A stretch of DNA of 64,000 bases, taken from NCBI GenBank assembly GCA_050951845.1, contig JBMNJV010000005.1, positions 193,569 to 257,568 on the forward strand. Direction: 5' to 3'. Of this stretch, positions 19,102-29,225 are shown in pieces (position 1 is the first letter of the stretch; each line of letters starts with the position of its first letter). The DNA comes from Saccharofermentanales bacterium. Lineage in GTDB: Bacteria > Bacillota > Clostridia > Saccharofermentanales > DTU023. Under the pieces are notes generated by a model. The model worked only from the letters and a program-made list of their open reading frames with translations, was not told where the DNA came from and ran no database searches. The position numbers and the translations under genes were made by a program.

Positions 19102-20850
19102 TCATTTCGAGTAATCTCTGATAATTTTCTTTGAAGTATTCTTCACAAAAGGCTCATCACGTAAAGTTACACTTTTTATTTTCTTGTAGATCGGCTGATC
19201 TTTATTCAATTCTTTAACCAAAGAATTAATCAATTCATAAGTTTCTTCTTCGGTAACCGATTGTTTGCCCAAAGTCTCTTGCACCTCTTCTTCATCCGGG
19301 AAAATTTCAACTACTATATCCAAATCACCATTTCTTCCTTCGACACCACTGACAACAGATTCAGCAATTTCAGGATTACGATTTAAGAGTGCTTCCAGTT
19401 CTTCCGGGAAAATATTTTTACCGTTTTTGGTAACAATAACATTCTTTTTACGTCCGGTGATAATTAAGAAATTATCTTCGGTCATATATCCGTAATCACC
19501 TGTATAGAACCAACCGTCGCGTAATGTTTCGGCTGTTAATTCTTCATCACCGTAATATCCGAGCATAATATTCGGACCTTTGGATCTAAATTCACCGATT
19601 CCGTCTTCATCCGGCTCGTAAACTTCTGCTACTGTTCCCGGCATTGGTAAACCGGCCGATTCATGCATGAAATTTACATCGCGATTCAGAGCCATAATCG
19701 GACCGCATTCAGTTAAGCCGTATCCCTGGATCGCCAGGAAACCGAAATCATTCAAGTCTTGTAATACTTGAGGATCAATGGCTGCTCCGCCTGAAATTAA
19801 GAGGCGCATATGACCGCCTAACGCTGCATGAATATCTTTGAATATTTTTTTTCTTAAATCTATGCCGATTTTTCTCAGACCACGGGTCAGTTTCAAAGCA
19901 AATTCCACTTTTTTTCTTTTGCCTTGTTTGTCAATCGATTTCCAGATTCTTTTATGTAAAGCTTCCAAAATCAGAGGAACTGTTAAAATTAAAGTTGTTT
20001 TGCTCTCTGCCAGGTTTTGGGTCAGATAACGCAATCCTTCAAGTTCAGCAACAGCATTACCTCTATATACCTGACAGAGAAAACCGCAGGTACATTCATA
20101 AGTGTGATGCAGCGGTAATACCGAAAGACATACATCATCATTGATGTAGACCATTGCACACATTGCCATCAGATTAGAACAAATTGAGTGATGTGAATGC
20201 ATTACAGCTTTTGATCTGGCAGTAGTTCCCGAAGTAAAAAGCAAAATTCTCATTTCATAAGGATCTATCTCACAATCCGAAAAATCTCTGTAGCCGTCTG
20301 CCAATAACTGTTCACCGTCTTTTCGTAATGCTTCCCATGAATACTCCGGAGGTAAGTCCTCTCCTACTTCACGGCTGGTAAAAGGTTCAACTTCATTTTT
20401 ATAATTATCCATTAAAATCAAAGTTTTCAGTGTTGCAAGTCCTTCCGCCGCTTCCAGTGCTTTTTCCCGCAAGGTCGGAGAGTAAACCAAAACGGAGGTT
20501 TTCGATCTTTGTAACATTGAATTGATTTCGTTCGCCGGCAATTCTTTATCTAAGGGTACAATGACACCCATACCGGTAACCGTGGCCAAATAAGTTACAT
20601 ACCATTCATAGCGCGTTTCTGCCAGAATCGCTACTCTTACATCATTAACCACACCCATTTCCGTTAACTTGCTGCCGAAAGCTTCAATATCATTGCCGTA
20701 TCGGGCATATGTAACCGGGACATAGGGTTTGCCAATTTCCGGTTTAGTTAAAAAAACCGTTTTGTCTGCATATTCTTTCACACTGCCACGCAACATCTCG
20801 CGCAGGTCATCAATTTGTCTTACATCATGTAATGGTTGATTTTTCTTCAC
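19102..20850 (-). CDS. AMP-dependent (long-chain) acyl-CoA synthetase/ligase
   Basis: It has AMP-binding motifs (LFTSGTTARSKAVMHSH; GYGLTECGP; YTGDYGYM...GRKKNVIVTKNGKNIFPEE). Confidence 0.85.
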   Translation of the reverse strand: MKKNQPLHDVRQIDDLREMLRGSVKEYADKTVFLTKPEIGKPYVPVTYARYGNDIEAFGSKLTEMGVVNDVRVAILAETRYEWYVTYLATVTGMGVIVPLDKELPANEINSMLQRSKTSVLVYSPTLREKALEAAEGLATLKTLILMDNYKNEVEPFTSREVGEDLPPEYSWEALRKDGEQLLADGYRDFSDCEIDPYEMRILLFTSGTTARSKAVMHSHHSICSNLMAMCAMVYINDDVCLSVLPLHHTYECTCGFLCQVYRGNAVAELEGLRYLTQNLAESKTTLILTVPLILEALHKRIWKSIDKQGKRKKVEFALKLTRGLRKIGIDLRKKIFKDIHAALGGHMRLLISGGAAIDPQVLQDLNDFGFLAIQGYGLTECGPIMALNRDVNFMHESAGLPMPGTVAEVYEPDEDGIGEFRSKGPNIMLGYYGDEELTAETLRDGWFYTGDYGYMTEDNFLIITGRKKNVIVTKNGKNIFPEELEALLNRNPEIAESVVSGVEGRNGDLDIVVEIFPDEEEVQETLGKQSVTEEETYELINSLVKELNKDQPIYKKIKSVTLRDEPFVKNTSKKIIRDYSK

Positions 20851-21003
20851 TTGGTTCTCCTCAGATTGCTTATGAAATTAAACGAATTTTTCATATCTTT
20901 TTTACAGAAATAAATAATAATTGCAAAACTATGCAATCATCTATGATATATAAAATTACTATATAATAACTTTTCTGTCACCTGTTTTACAAATAATTTC
21001 TCC

Positions 21004-21948
21004 TTAAAAGAGTTCATTTTTAATTGCTGAAATTTCCGCATAAGTCGGTAAAGATTCGATTGCACCTTTTTGCTGTACACAATAGTAACCTGAAACAGCT
21101 CCCATTTTGAGAGCATTCACAAAATCGGTTTCAACTAATTCCTTGACATTCAATTTTCCCGCACGCAATATTTCAGCTAAAAAAGCACCCCAAAATGCAT
21201 CACCTGCACCGGTCGTATCTTTTACTTGCGTTTTGATGCCTTCCTGTCTGAGAATTTTATTTTTTAAATGGCACTGTGATCCGTCTGCCCCGAGAGTTTC
21301 TATGATTGCCGTAATATTGTAATGATCAAGCGCTTCTTGAATCGGCATTCCGATCATCGGTACTTCTTCTTCTGAAACTTTTAACAGATCAACATAAGGC
21401 AACACATTTTGTAAAGCCTTGGCACAAGCTTCCGCATCATAATCCCATAATTGATCACGATAATTAAGATCAAGTGATACTATTTTGCCCTGACGATGAG
21501 CTTCTTGCAAAGCATAAATGGTTGTTTCTTTGGCCGGTCCGCCTACCATCGATAAAGTTCCGGCATTTAACATTTTGGTCTTGGCTATTTGTTCAGGCGG
21601 AATTTGTTCCTTGGTCATGAACATATCGGCTCCTGGCTTTCTGGCAAAAGTGAAACTTCTGTCTCCGCTATCGCTTAATGTAACAAAAGCCAGAGTTGTT
21701 GTCGCTTCTTTTGTAAATTCAGGACAAAGAAAATCTATGTTTTCCCGGCTGAAAGTTTCGGCAATTAATTTACCGAAATCGTCAGCGCCTACCATTCCGC
21801 AAAATGCCGTAGCAAACTCATTCCTGCTCATTGCCACCGCTACATTTGCCGGAGCACCGCCAAAATTCACACTCAGCTCTCTTGGTTTGCCGGTCGGAAT
21901 AAAGTCAATTAAAACTTCACCTAAACTGATAAAATCATATGCTTTCAT
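21004..21948 (-). CDS. PfkB-family carbohydrate kinase (fructokinase-like)
   Basis: It has PfkB signatures (N-terminal GEVLIDF...GGAPANVA; C-terminal DTTGAGDAFWGAFL). Confidence 0.8.
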   Translation of the reverse strand: MKAYDFISLGEVLIDFIPTGKPRELSVNFGGAPANVAVAMSRNEFATAFCGMVGADDFGKLIAETFSRENIDFLCPEFTKEATTTLAFVTLSDSGDRSFTFARKPGADMFMTKEQIPPEQIAKTKMLNAGTLSMVGGPAKETTIYALQEAHRQGKIVSLDLNYRDQLWDYDAEACAKALQNVLPYVDLLKVSEEEVPMIGMPIQEALDHYNITAIIETLGADGSQCHLKNKILRQEGIKTQVKDTTGAGDAFWGAFLAEILRAGKLNVKELVETDFVNALKMGAVSGYYCVQQKGAIESLPTYAEISAIKNELF

Positions 21949-22147
21949 ATACTCTCCTTCTTATAAAAATCCGTTGAAAAACCTGTGTTCTCGTGTATTT
22001 ACTAATACATTATATATGTTTTTTGTTCATCTGAGATGTTTTTATGTTAAAGTGAATTTGAGTTAATTACAACATTAAAAAAGTACGGCAATAAACAATA
22101 ACATTGATTGTCTTTGACTTAATTACAACATTTAGGAATGTAAGGTA

Positions 22148-23413
22148 ATGGATCTTTCAAGTAATATTAGTTCTCACAGAACAATCTTGCATTGTGATTG
22201 TAACGGCTATTATGCTTCGGTCGAATGCTTATTACGTCCTGAGCTGCGGAGCTTACCGATGGCAGTTACAGGCAATCCGGAAAATCGGCACGGTATCATT
22301 CTGGCCAAAAATCAACCGGCAAAAGAAGCAGGAGTTATTACTGCCGAAACAATAGCCGAAGCCAAACGCAAATGTCCTGATTTGATTTGTGTAAGTCCGC
22401 AGCACGATCTTTATCAGGAATATTCCGTCAAAATCAATAATATCTATCGGGAATATACTGAACGGGTTGAACCGTTCGGAATTGATGAAAGTTTTTTGGA
22501 TATGACTGATCTTTGGCAGAATTACGCTGCAAGTCCCGCACTATTTGCCGATTTGCTCAGAAAAAGAATCAGAGAGAGTATCGGGCTTACAATTTCAGTC
22601 GGTGTTTCTTTTAATAAAATCCTGGCAAAGCTGGGCAGTGATTTAAAAAAGCCTGATGCAACCACTGTTATTTCACCGCAGGATTTAGTAACCAAAGTGT
22701 GGCCTCTTGATATCACAAAATTACTCTATGTCGGCAAAGCTACCGCTGAACGTTTGAGAATGCTTAATATCAATACAATTGGTGATATTGCCAAAACCGA
22801 TCCTGATTTTCTTGCTGTTTATCTGGGTAAAATCGGAAAAAATCTGAGTTTATATGCTCGCGGTCTGGAAAATAGTGAAGTCCAGAAATATTCCGAACTG
22901 GATGAAGCAAAATCGGTCGGTAACGGCATGACATTCAGTGAAGATTTAACTGAATGGACAAAAATCAGAAACGGATTATCCGGTTTAGTCGATGAAGTTG
23001 TTGCGCGCTTGGAAAAATCGAAAAAAGTCGGCAATGTGATTCAGGTTCAATTAAAAAGTTCAGATTTCCTAGTATACTCACGTCAAACCACGCTGGATCG
23101 CCATGTTCACAAACGTGATCAAGTCTGGCCGGTCGTCTGGCAATTGATTAATGAATTATGGGATGAAACAACTCCGGTCAGGTTGTTGGCAGTCACCGTT
23201 TCAGGTCTGGAAAATCAAGGTGAAGTATATACACAAATGTCTTTCGCCGATATTTCTTCCGGCAGTAATCAAAACGTTACAGATCATAACAAAGACGATG
23301 ACAAACAAGTCCGGGCTTCTGCAAAACAAAATCAAATTAAAAATCTGGTCTTTAAACTTAATCAACAAATGGGTGGAGATTATCTGAAACTCGGCGCAAA
23401 TAAAGAGTCATGA
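22148..23413 (+). CDS. dinB: Y-family DNA polymerase (DinB/Pol IV-like), paralogue 1
   Basis: It has ILHCDCNGYYASVE (catalytic Asp), FGIDESFLDMT (D-E pair) and SVGVSFNKILAKLGSDLKKPD. Confidence 0.85.
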   Translation: MDLSSNISSHRTILHCDCNGYYASVECLLRPELRSLPMAVTGNPENRHGIILAKNQPAKEAGVITAETIAEAKRKCPDLICVSPQHDLYQEYSVKINNIYREYTERVEPFGIDESFLDMTDLWQNYAASPALFADLLRKRIRESIGLTISVGVSFNKILAKLGSDLKKPDATTVISPQDLVTKVWPLDITKLLYVGKATAERLRMLNINTIGDIAKTDPDFLAVYLGKIGKNLSLYARGLENSEVQKYSELDEAKSVGNGMTFSEDLTEWTKIRNGLSGLVDEVVARLEKSKKVGNVIQVQLKSSDFLVYSRQTTLDRHVHKRDQVWPVVWQLINELWDETTPVRLLAVTVSGLENQGEVYTQMSFADISSGSNQNVTDHNKDDDKQVRASAKQNQIKNLVFKLNQQMGGDYLKLGANKES

Positions 23414-23578
23414 ACTATACTGATCATATAATTAGCAAACACAATTACTATGGCTTTTTGGTTTTTGTTTCTAATCTGATTCTGAGTTATGATTATCAAA
23501 GTAAATCTTAAATTATTAATGAACGTTTGTTATTTTGAAATCCTATTCTGAATAACAAATAAATTAGAAAGAGGTAAT

Positions 23579-25033
23579 ATGCTTAATTTAAATTTTTATC
23601 AAAAAGGGGGAATACCGGTTATATTCAGCTCAGACCCAAATCAGGCCGATCTGATTAATTGGGCAAAAGATAACACCTCATTTGAGGCGGAACAAATCGA
23701 AGTTTTTTATTTGCCTAATCCCGAAGCCAAAAGCTTAATCTTAGTCGGATTAGATCCTGAGCAAGATTTGACTTTTGATCAATTGCGTCATTTAGGATTT
23801 AAAATTTACAAAACCGCAATTGCAAATAAAATGTCCGCAATTGAAATAACTATGCCGGAACTCGCTGCAAAATCTGATCTGCAAGTAATGAAGTCTGTAG
23901 TTGAGGGTATGATTCAGGCTACTTATAAATTTGACAGGTATTTATCCAAAAACACTGAAAAACCGGTCAAACAATTGACGGTAAATTACATTCCGCATCA
24001 TGGTTCTCCTGAAGATATGCAAACTGAATTTAACAAATTAAAAGATGTAATGGAAGGTGTTTTCCTTGCCAGAGATTTAGTTAATCAAACTGCAAATTAT
24101 ATTTATCCGGAAACTTTAGCCCAAGCGGCAGCAGACTCGCTGCAGCCTTTAGGCGTTGAAGTAACCGTCTATAATCGCGAGCAAATTCAAGAAATCGGTC
24201 TGCAAGCTTTTCTCGCAGTTGCACAAGGTTCAAGTAAAGAACCGCAATTAATCGTCATGAAATATCAAGGCGATCCGGATACCGGGCAATTTACCGGTTT
24301 GGTCGGTAAAGGTATTACTTATGACAGTGGAGGCTATTCGATCAAACCGTCTGACGGAATGGCGGATATGCATTGTGATATGGGCGGTGCAGGTACAGTC
24401 ATAGGTACAATGTACGCATTAGCGAAAACAAAAGCCAATACAAATGCATATGGTGTTATTGCAGCTTGCGAAAATTTGATTTCCGGCACTTCATATAAGG
24501 TAGGCGATATCATCAATTCATTGTCCGGAAAAACAATTGAAATAGGTAATACTGATGCAGAAGGACGGGTCACTCTGGCAGATGCGGTTTTCTATGCAAC
24601 CGATAACCTGAAAGTAAATCGGGTAATTGATTTAGCGACTTTAACCGGTGCCTGTCTGGTCGCACTGGGCGATGAATACACAGGTGTAATTACCAATAAC
24701 ATTGATTTTTATAAAGAATTCGAAGTTGCTGCCGCTGAAGCCGGTGAAAAAGTATGGTTATTACCTAATGACAAAAAATTTGCAGAATTAAATAAATCAA
24801 AAATTGCCGATATCAAAAATACCGGCGGACGTTTGGCCGGAACAATCACCGGTGCACAATTCATCGGTGAATTTGTGGCAAATGACACACCGTGGATTCA
24901 CTTGGACATTGCCGGAACAGCATATTTGAGTAAAGAAAATGATTATTTGCCGGAACGTGCCACAGGAGTTCATGTAAAAACATTGGTTGAACTGTTGTCA
25001 TCAAACGAAAAAGATCATCAAGGTAATCGATAA
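23579..25033 (+). CDS. pepA: leucyl aminopeptidase (M17)
   Basis: It has the M17 signature NTDAEGRVTLADA and GKGITYDSGGYSIKP. Confidence 0.9.
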   Translation: MLNLNFYQKGGIPVIFSSDPNQADLINWAKDNTSFEAEQIEVFYLPNPEAKSLILVGLDPEQDLTFDQLRHLGFKIYKTAIANKMSAIEITMPELAAKSDLQVMKSVVEGMIQATYKFDRYLSKNTEKPVKQLTVNYIPHHGSPEDMQTEFNKLKDVMEGVFLARDLVNQTANYIYPETLAQAAADSLQPLGVEVTVYNREQIQEIGLQAFLAVAQGSSKEPQLIVMKYQGDPDTGQFTGLVGKGITYDSGGYSIKPSDGMADMHCDMGGAGTVIGTMYALAKTKANTNAYGVIAACENLISGTSYKVGDIINSLSGKTIEIGNTDAEGRVTLADAVFYATDNLKVNRVIDLATLTGACLVALGDEYTGVITNNIDFYKEFEVAAAEAGEKVWLLPNDKKFAELNKSKIADIKNTGGRLAGTITGAQFIGEFVANDTPWIHLDIAGTAYLSKENDYLPERATGVHVKTLVELLSSNEKDHQGNR

Positions 25034-25162
25034 CTTAATTGACAACTTAACTATGTAATTAATAGTGTTATGATAACGCAATATTTGAAATAAGAGTATC
25101 AACAGCCCTGCAGATTTTGTTTATTCCTGACAACAGAGTTTTTACAAATTTTTAGAGAAAGG

Positions 25163-25203
25163 CACCCCGAAGTTAAATTATTAGCATTCGGGGTGTTTCT
25201 TTC
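25163..25203. terminator. bidirectional rho-independent terminator between the convergent pepA and ldh genes
   Basis: CACCCCGAA-N15-TTCGGGGTG is followed by TTTCTTTC on the plus strand and flanked by a T-rich stretch on the minus strand. Confidence 0.7.
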
Positions 25204-25214
25204 AAAAATCGTAA

Positions 25215-26168
25215 TTAAACATCTTTAGTAAGATCAATTACTGAACGAACGGCTGCTGCTGATTTATGCAGAAGTTCCAGTTCATCCGGCGGCAATTGTA
25301 CTTCAAGGACTTTTTCAATGCCTTTACTGCCGACAATACAAGGTACATTAACTACTACGTCACGCAGACCGTACTCACCTTCTAAAACACAACCGACTGT
25401 ACGAATTGTGTTTTCATCATTAAGAAATGAATTACATAGTTCAGTCGTTGCAATACCGATACCGTAATAAGTCGCACCTTTACGCTTAATAACTTCAGCA
25501 CCGGCTTTTCTGTTTTTTTCTGCCATTTCTGTTTTTTCTTCTTCCGTCAACTCGATACCGGATGCTACACAATAATCTTCAATGCTGAAACCGGAAATCT
25601 TTGAAAAACTCCAGGCAGGAAATTGAGTTTCACCATGTTCACCAAAAACATAAGCATGAACATTTTTCATATCAATATTAAATTTTTCGGATAACAAAGT
25701 CCGTAAACGGATGCCATCAAGAACTGTGCCTGAACCGACAACCGTACCACGCGGTAAACCGGTCCATTTGCTTACATGGTAAGTCAAAACATCAACCGGA
25801 TTCGAGACTACTAAAATAATCCCGCCGTCATAATATTTCATGATACTTTCGGTCATTGATTTGGCAATCCGGCAATTTTTTTCCGCTAAATCCAAGCGAG
25901 TTTCACCCGGTTTACGTCCGGCACCTGCTGTAACTACGATAATATCGCAACCTTTGATATCTGAATAATCACCGGCATAAATTTCCATTTGATTCAAGAA
26001 AGGCAAGCCGTGTTTGATATCCATTACTTCACCTTCCGCTCTCTTCTGGTCAATATCTATTAATACCAGTTCATTGCATGTATGACGGATAGACATAACA
26101 TAAGCAACATTTGCTCCGACATTTCCGGCACCGACAATTGCAATTTTGGTTCCTTCTATAATTCTCAT
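25215..26168 (-). CDS. ldh: L-lactate dehydrogenase
   Basis: It has an NAD-binding motif (KIAIVGAGNVGANVAY), GETRLDL, and the active-site region GEHGETQFPAWS. Confidence 0.9.
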   Translation of the reverse strand: MRIIEGTKIAIVGAGNVGANVAYVMSIRHTCNELVLIDIDQKRAEGEVMDIKHGLPFLNQMEIYAGDYSDIKGCDIIVVTAGAGRKPGETRLDLAEKNCRIAKSMTESIMKYYDGGIILVVSNPVDVLTYHVSKWTGLPRGTVVGSGTVLDGIRLRTLLSEKFNIDMKNVHAYVFGEHGETQFPAWSFSKISGFSIEDYCVASGIELTEEEKTEMAEKNRKAGAEVIKRKGATYYGIGIATTELCNSFLNDENTIRTVGCVLEGEYGLRDVVVNVPCIVGSKGIEKVLEVQLPPDELELLHKSAAAVRSVIDLTKDV

Positions 26169-26313
26169 GGTTATCCCCCTCTATCATTATCTCTTGACTT
26201 TAATTTACGAAATATTCCGGAAAAAAGCCAAATTACTATACATCTTAATCGTTTACAATTAATAAAACAAGAACCTGTTCTTAGTCTTAGATTAAGTAAT
26301 ATATAACAGATAA

Positions 26314-27807
26314 TTATGAGTTCAATTCTGCAAAAAAATCTGTTTTGCGTTGAATTATTTCAGCCAGCCGCTCAACATAATTAGTTAAATCTTTCGGATT
26401 AAATATCCGCTCTAACCGGTCACCTTTGACTATTTTTGAACTTGAGCCGCTGCCCAGACCGACCACGGAAATCCGGTCACTCATCATACCGACATTATAA
26501 ACACAAGCATGTCCGGACTTGGCAAAACCGATATTCTCCAAACCGCCTCGTACATTCTTTTGGCGGTATAAATAATATGGTTGATATCCTTTATTTGTTA
26601 ATTTCCGAATTGCAGCCGTGAATACACTACTTAATTCCTGATCAGGAAATCTCAAGCTCAAATATCGGGCAGCATATTGTTGCAAAAAAGCCGACCTTTT
26701 CAATGCCATAGTGTGAATTGTAATACTTTCAGGATCCAGCTCCAACAATTTTTCTAAAGAATATAAAAAATCGTTTCCCGTTTCTTGCGGAAGTCCCAGG
26801 ATTAAATCCATATTAATTGATGAAAAACAGTTAGCACGAGCCAGCTCATACGCCCGATAAACATCTTCAACGGAATGATTCCTGCCTATAATCCGTAATG
26901 TCCGATCATGCATTGTTTGAGGATTAATACAGATTCTGGCATCAGCTATGGTCTTGATTGCCGTTAATTTTGCCTGCGTAATCGAATCGGGTCGCCCGGC
27001 TTCTATTGTTATTTCACAATTCTTGATTTGCGGAATCTGCTCCTTAATCGCAGCCATCACTTTCGCAAATCCTTGATCGGAAAGGGCTGTCGGAGTACCT
27101 CCGCCCATATAAATCGCTTGAAAAGGCTTGTCGATCTGTCTGAAATAATCTGAAATCTCGGTAATTTCCTGCAATAAAGCTTTAACGTAAACATCTAATT
27201 TCGCACCCGAATTAACCGCATCCTGCGTGATAAAACTACAATAACTGCATCTGGTTGTACAAAAAGGAACTCCGATATATAACATCGGCAATTCAGGATT
27301 TAAATCGGACAAAATCCCGGCCTCTGCCAAGGCTGTTTTTAATCCGATTTCAGCTTTCTGCGGAGTAACATGCCAATTATTGATCAAATCCTGAATTGTC
27401 CGGTTTTGATCCCGCTGATTTTCCAAATAACTGCGGTAAGCTATTTGTGTCGGTCGCACACCGGTAAGCGATCCCCATGGATAGTGAATACCGGTTAATT
27501 TACTCAACAAGAAATAGATCTGCCTTTTTAGTTCGCGTCTAAGTGCAGACGGTACAACTTCTGCAGCAACCGACAAATCCGAATCCGCAATTCGGCTCAG
27601 CACCGATATCTCAGTCTGATCAGCTTGGTTGCGCATTTGTTCCACGTTTACTTCACGTTCAATAACAGAATATATAACAACATCAGAATATTCCGAATCC
27701 GTCACTGAGATAACACCTGATTCCAATTTTCCGACCTCCTGAAAAAACAGGCGTAAAATTTCTGCAATGCTCTGATATTCTTGATGATTTTCTAAAATTA
27801 CGCGCAT
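26314..27807 (-). CDS. hemZ: radical-SAM coproporphyrinogen-dehydrogenase-like protein (HemZ/HemN family)
   Basis: The CxxxCxxC motif (CTTRCSYCSF) sits within IGVPFC...; at about 500 aa it has an N-terminal extension typical of HemZ. Confidence 0.7.
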   Translation of the reverse strand: MRVILENHQEYQSIAEILRLFFQEVGKLESGVISVTDSEYSDVVIYSVIEREVNVEQMRNQADQTEISVLSRIADSDLSVAAEVVPSALRRELKRQIYFLLSKLTGIHYPWGSLTGVRPTQIAYRSYLENQRDQNRTIQDLINNWHVTPQKAEIGLKTALAEAGILSDLNPELPMLYIGVPFCTTRCSYCSFITQDAVNSGAKLDVYVKALLQEITEISDYFRQIDKPFQAIYMGGGTPTALSDQGFAKVMAAIKEQIPQIKNCEITIEAGRPDSITQAKLTAIKTIADARICINPQTMHDRTLRIIGRNHSVEDVYRAYELARANCFSSINMDLILGLPQETGNDFLYSLEKLLELDPESITIHTMALKRSAFLQQYAARYLSLRFPDQELSSVFTAAIRKLTNKGYQPYYLYRQKNVRGGLENIGFAKSGHACVYNVGMMSDRISVVGLGSGSSSKIVKGDRLERIFNPKDLTNYVERLAEIIQRKTDFFAELNS

Positions 27808-27824
27808 AAATCAATCTTTTCCAA

Positions 27825-28646
27825 TCAGAAAATTTTTGTCCATAACCAAATCAATGCTATCAAAACCGGCTGATGAATTGCATAGATCAGCAAAGCATGT
27901 CTGCCCATGAAAGCCAAAGGTTTGAATACTTTTTCGGTACAATATGGTTTTTGTACCACACCGGCAGGATAGATAATTTTGCCCAATGCCGCCCCGATAA
28001 AAAAGCATCCGCTATATGGAATCAAAGGCAAATAATCCAGCATATCCGGAATTTCCGGACGCAAATACCCGATACCCAGAGGTAACAAGAATGGAGATCC
28101 CAGATAGTCCAAATTAAAAGCATTAATAATTTGCGGCAAATAAAAAAGAATTATAAAACCTGTCAGAATCAAAATAACAATTTTAGTTTTTTCAGACAAA
28201 ACGGTTCTTTCAAACAGACCGTTCAAAAAAGTACACAAAGCCAGACAATGAATCACTTGCCACAAAACATAATAATCGGATTTCAGGGCTGCGGAAACAA
28301 GTGAAGTTATCAAGGTTAAACCCAGTGCAATCAGAGCAAGTCTGCCTGAACGTTTCAAATTGCTGCGGGAAAAATTGCTGGCGGCACCGGCAACACCGAT
28401 AAATAAAATATAAATCAGCGGATGATAAATGCTCTCCATTGCCGGACCGAACAACCAGCTGAAATACGGATAACCGAAAATATAATGCACATCATACATA
28501 AAATGATGACCGAACATTAAAATAATTGCAAAACCCCTCAGCACATCCAATTCTGTCGCTCTTGGCTTTTGCCGAACCGTCGTATCCGGTGTAGTTGTAT
28601 TCGATATATCTTTTGATTGAATCGTCATATTACTTGATAATAACAA
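27825..28646 (-). CDS. DUF1624 / heparan-alpha-glucosaminide N-acetyltransferase-like membrane protein
   Basis: It is a polytopic membrane protein with an N-terminal ELDVLRGFAIILMFGHH motif. Confidence 0.6.
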   Translation of the reverse strand: MLLSSNMTIQSKDISNTTTPDTTVRQKPRATELDVLRGFAIILMFGHHFMYDVHYIFGYPYFSWLFGPAMESIYHPLIYILFIGVAGAASNFSRSNLKRSGRLALIALGLTLITSLVSAALKSDYYVLWQVIHCLALCTFLNGLFERTVLSEKTKIVILILTGFIILFYLPQIINAFNLDYLGSPFLLPLGIGYLRPEIPDMLDYLPLIPYSGCFFIGAALGKIIYPAGVVQKPYCTEKVFKPLAFMGRHALLIYAIHQPVLIALIWLWTKIF

Positions 28647-28673
28647 TTATTATGACACTCAATCAAGTACATC

Positions 28674-29225
28674 CTATAAACGCACTTCTTGTGCCGATTC
28701 TATAATCCGGCATAGTTCCTGTCCCGTTTCACTTAAAGAAATAAGCCGCTGATTACCGGAACCGCGAAAAGGCAGTGTCAAAGTTTTCAGTTTTTTGATG
28801 AAAGGACCGTCAATCAGCAAATCAGTAAAGGAGAGCAGAGCATTTATGTCAGGATTATTCATTCTCTCTAAGTCTTCATAATAATATCCGGTATACGTAA
28901 TGATATCGCCTCCCCGCTTTCGTATTGCATCTGCCAGGCAGGCAAATGCCTTTGCCTGCATAAACGGTTCACCGCCTGACAGCGTCACACCGCGAAGTAA
29001 ATGACTCTCTTCATAGTATAAAATCAATTCTTCCACAGTCCGGTATTCACCGCCAATAGTCAAATGAGTTTCCGGATTATGGCAACCGGGACAACGATGA
29101 GGGCAACCTTGCGCAAATATCGCCATCCTGATCCCCGGACCGTCAACGACAGAATGTTTTTCCAGGCCGGCAAGTTGAAGGATTTCACCTGTTTCATGCT
29201 TAAAGGGAGTGTTTTTCACGATCAT
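28674..29225 (-). CDS. nrdG: anaerobic ribonucleoside-triphosphate reductase activating protein
   Basis: It has VDGPGIRMAIFAQGCPHRCPGCHNPE (radical-SAM cluster). The ATG at 29225 is preceded by GAAGGAG and overlaps the nrdD 3' end. Confidence 0.9.
   Translation of the reverse strand: MIVKNTPFKHETGEILQLAGLEKHSVVDGPGIRMAIFAQGCPHRCPGCHNPETHLTIGGEYRTVEELILYYEESHLLRGVTLSGGEPFMQAKAFACLADAIRKRGGDIITYTGYYYEDLERMNNPDINALLSFTDLLIDGPFIKKLKTLTLPFRGSGNQRLISLSETGQELCRIIESAQEVRL

Noticed and set aside
21949-22147. LexA box upstream of dinB paralogue 1.
   Set aside because: No GAAC-N4-GTT(C/T) element is present on either strand. Only isolated GTTC tetramers occur.
26190-26215. Rex operator upstream of ldh (TTCCGGAATATTTCGTAA).
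   Set aside because: It only partly resembles TTGTGAA-N4-TTCACAA; the half-sites match about 3-4 of 6. That is too weak to call.
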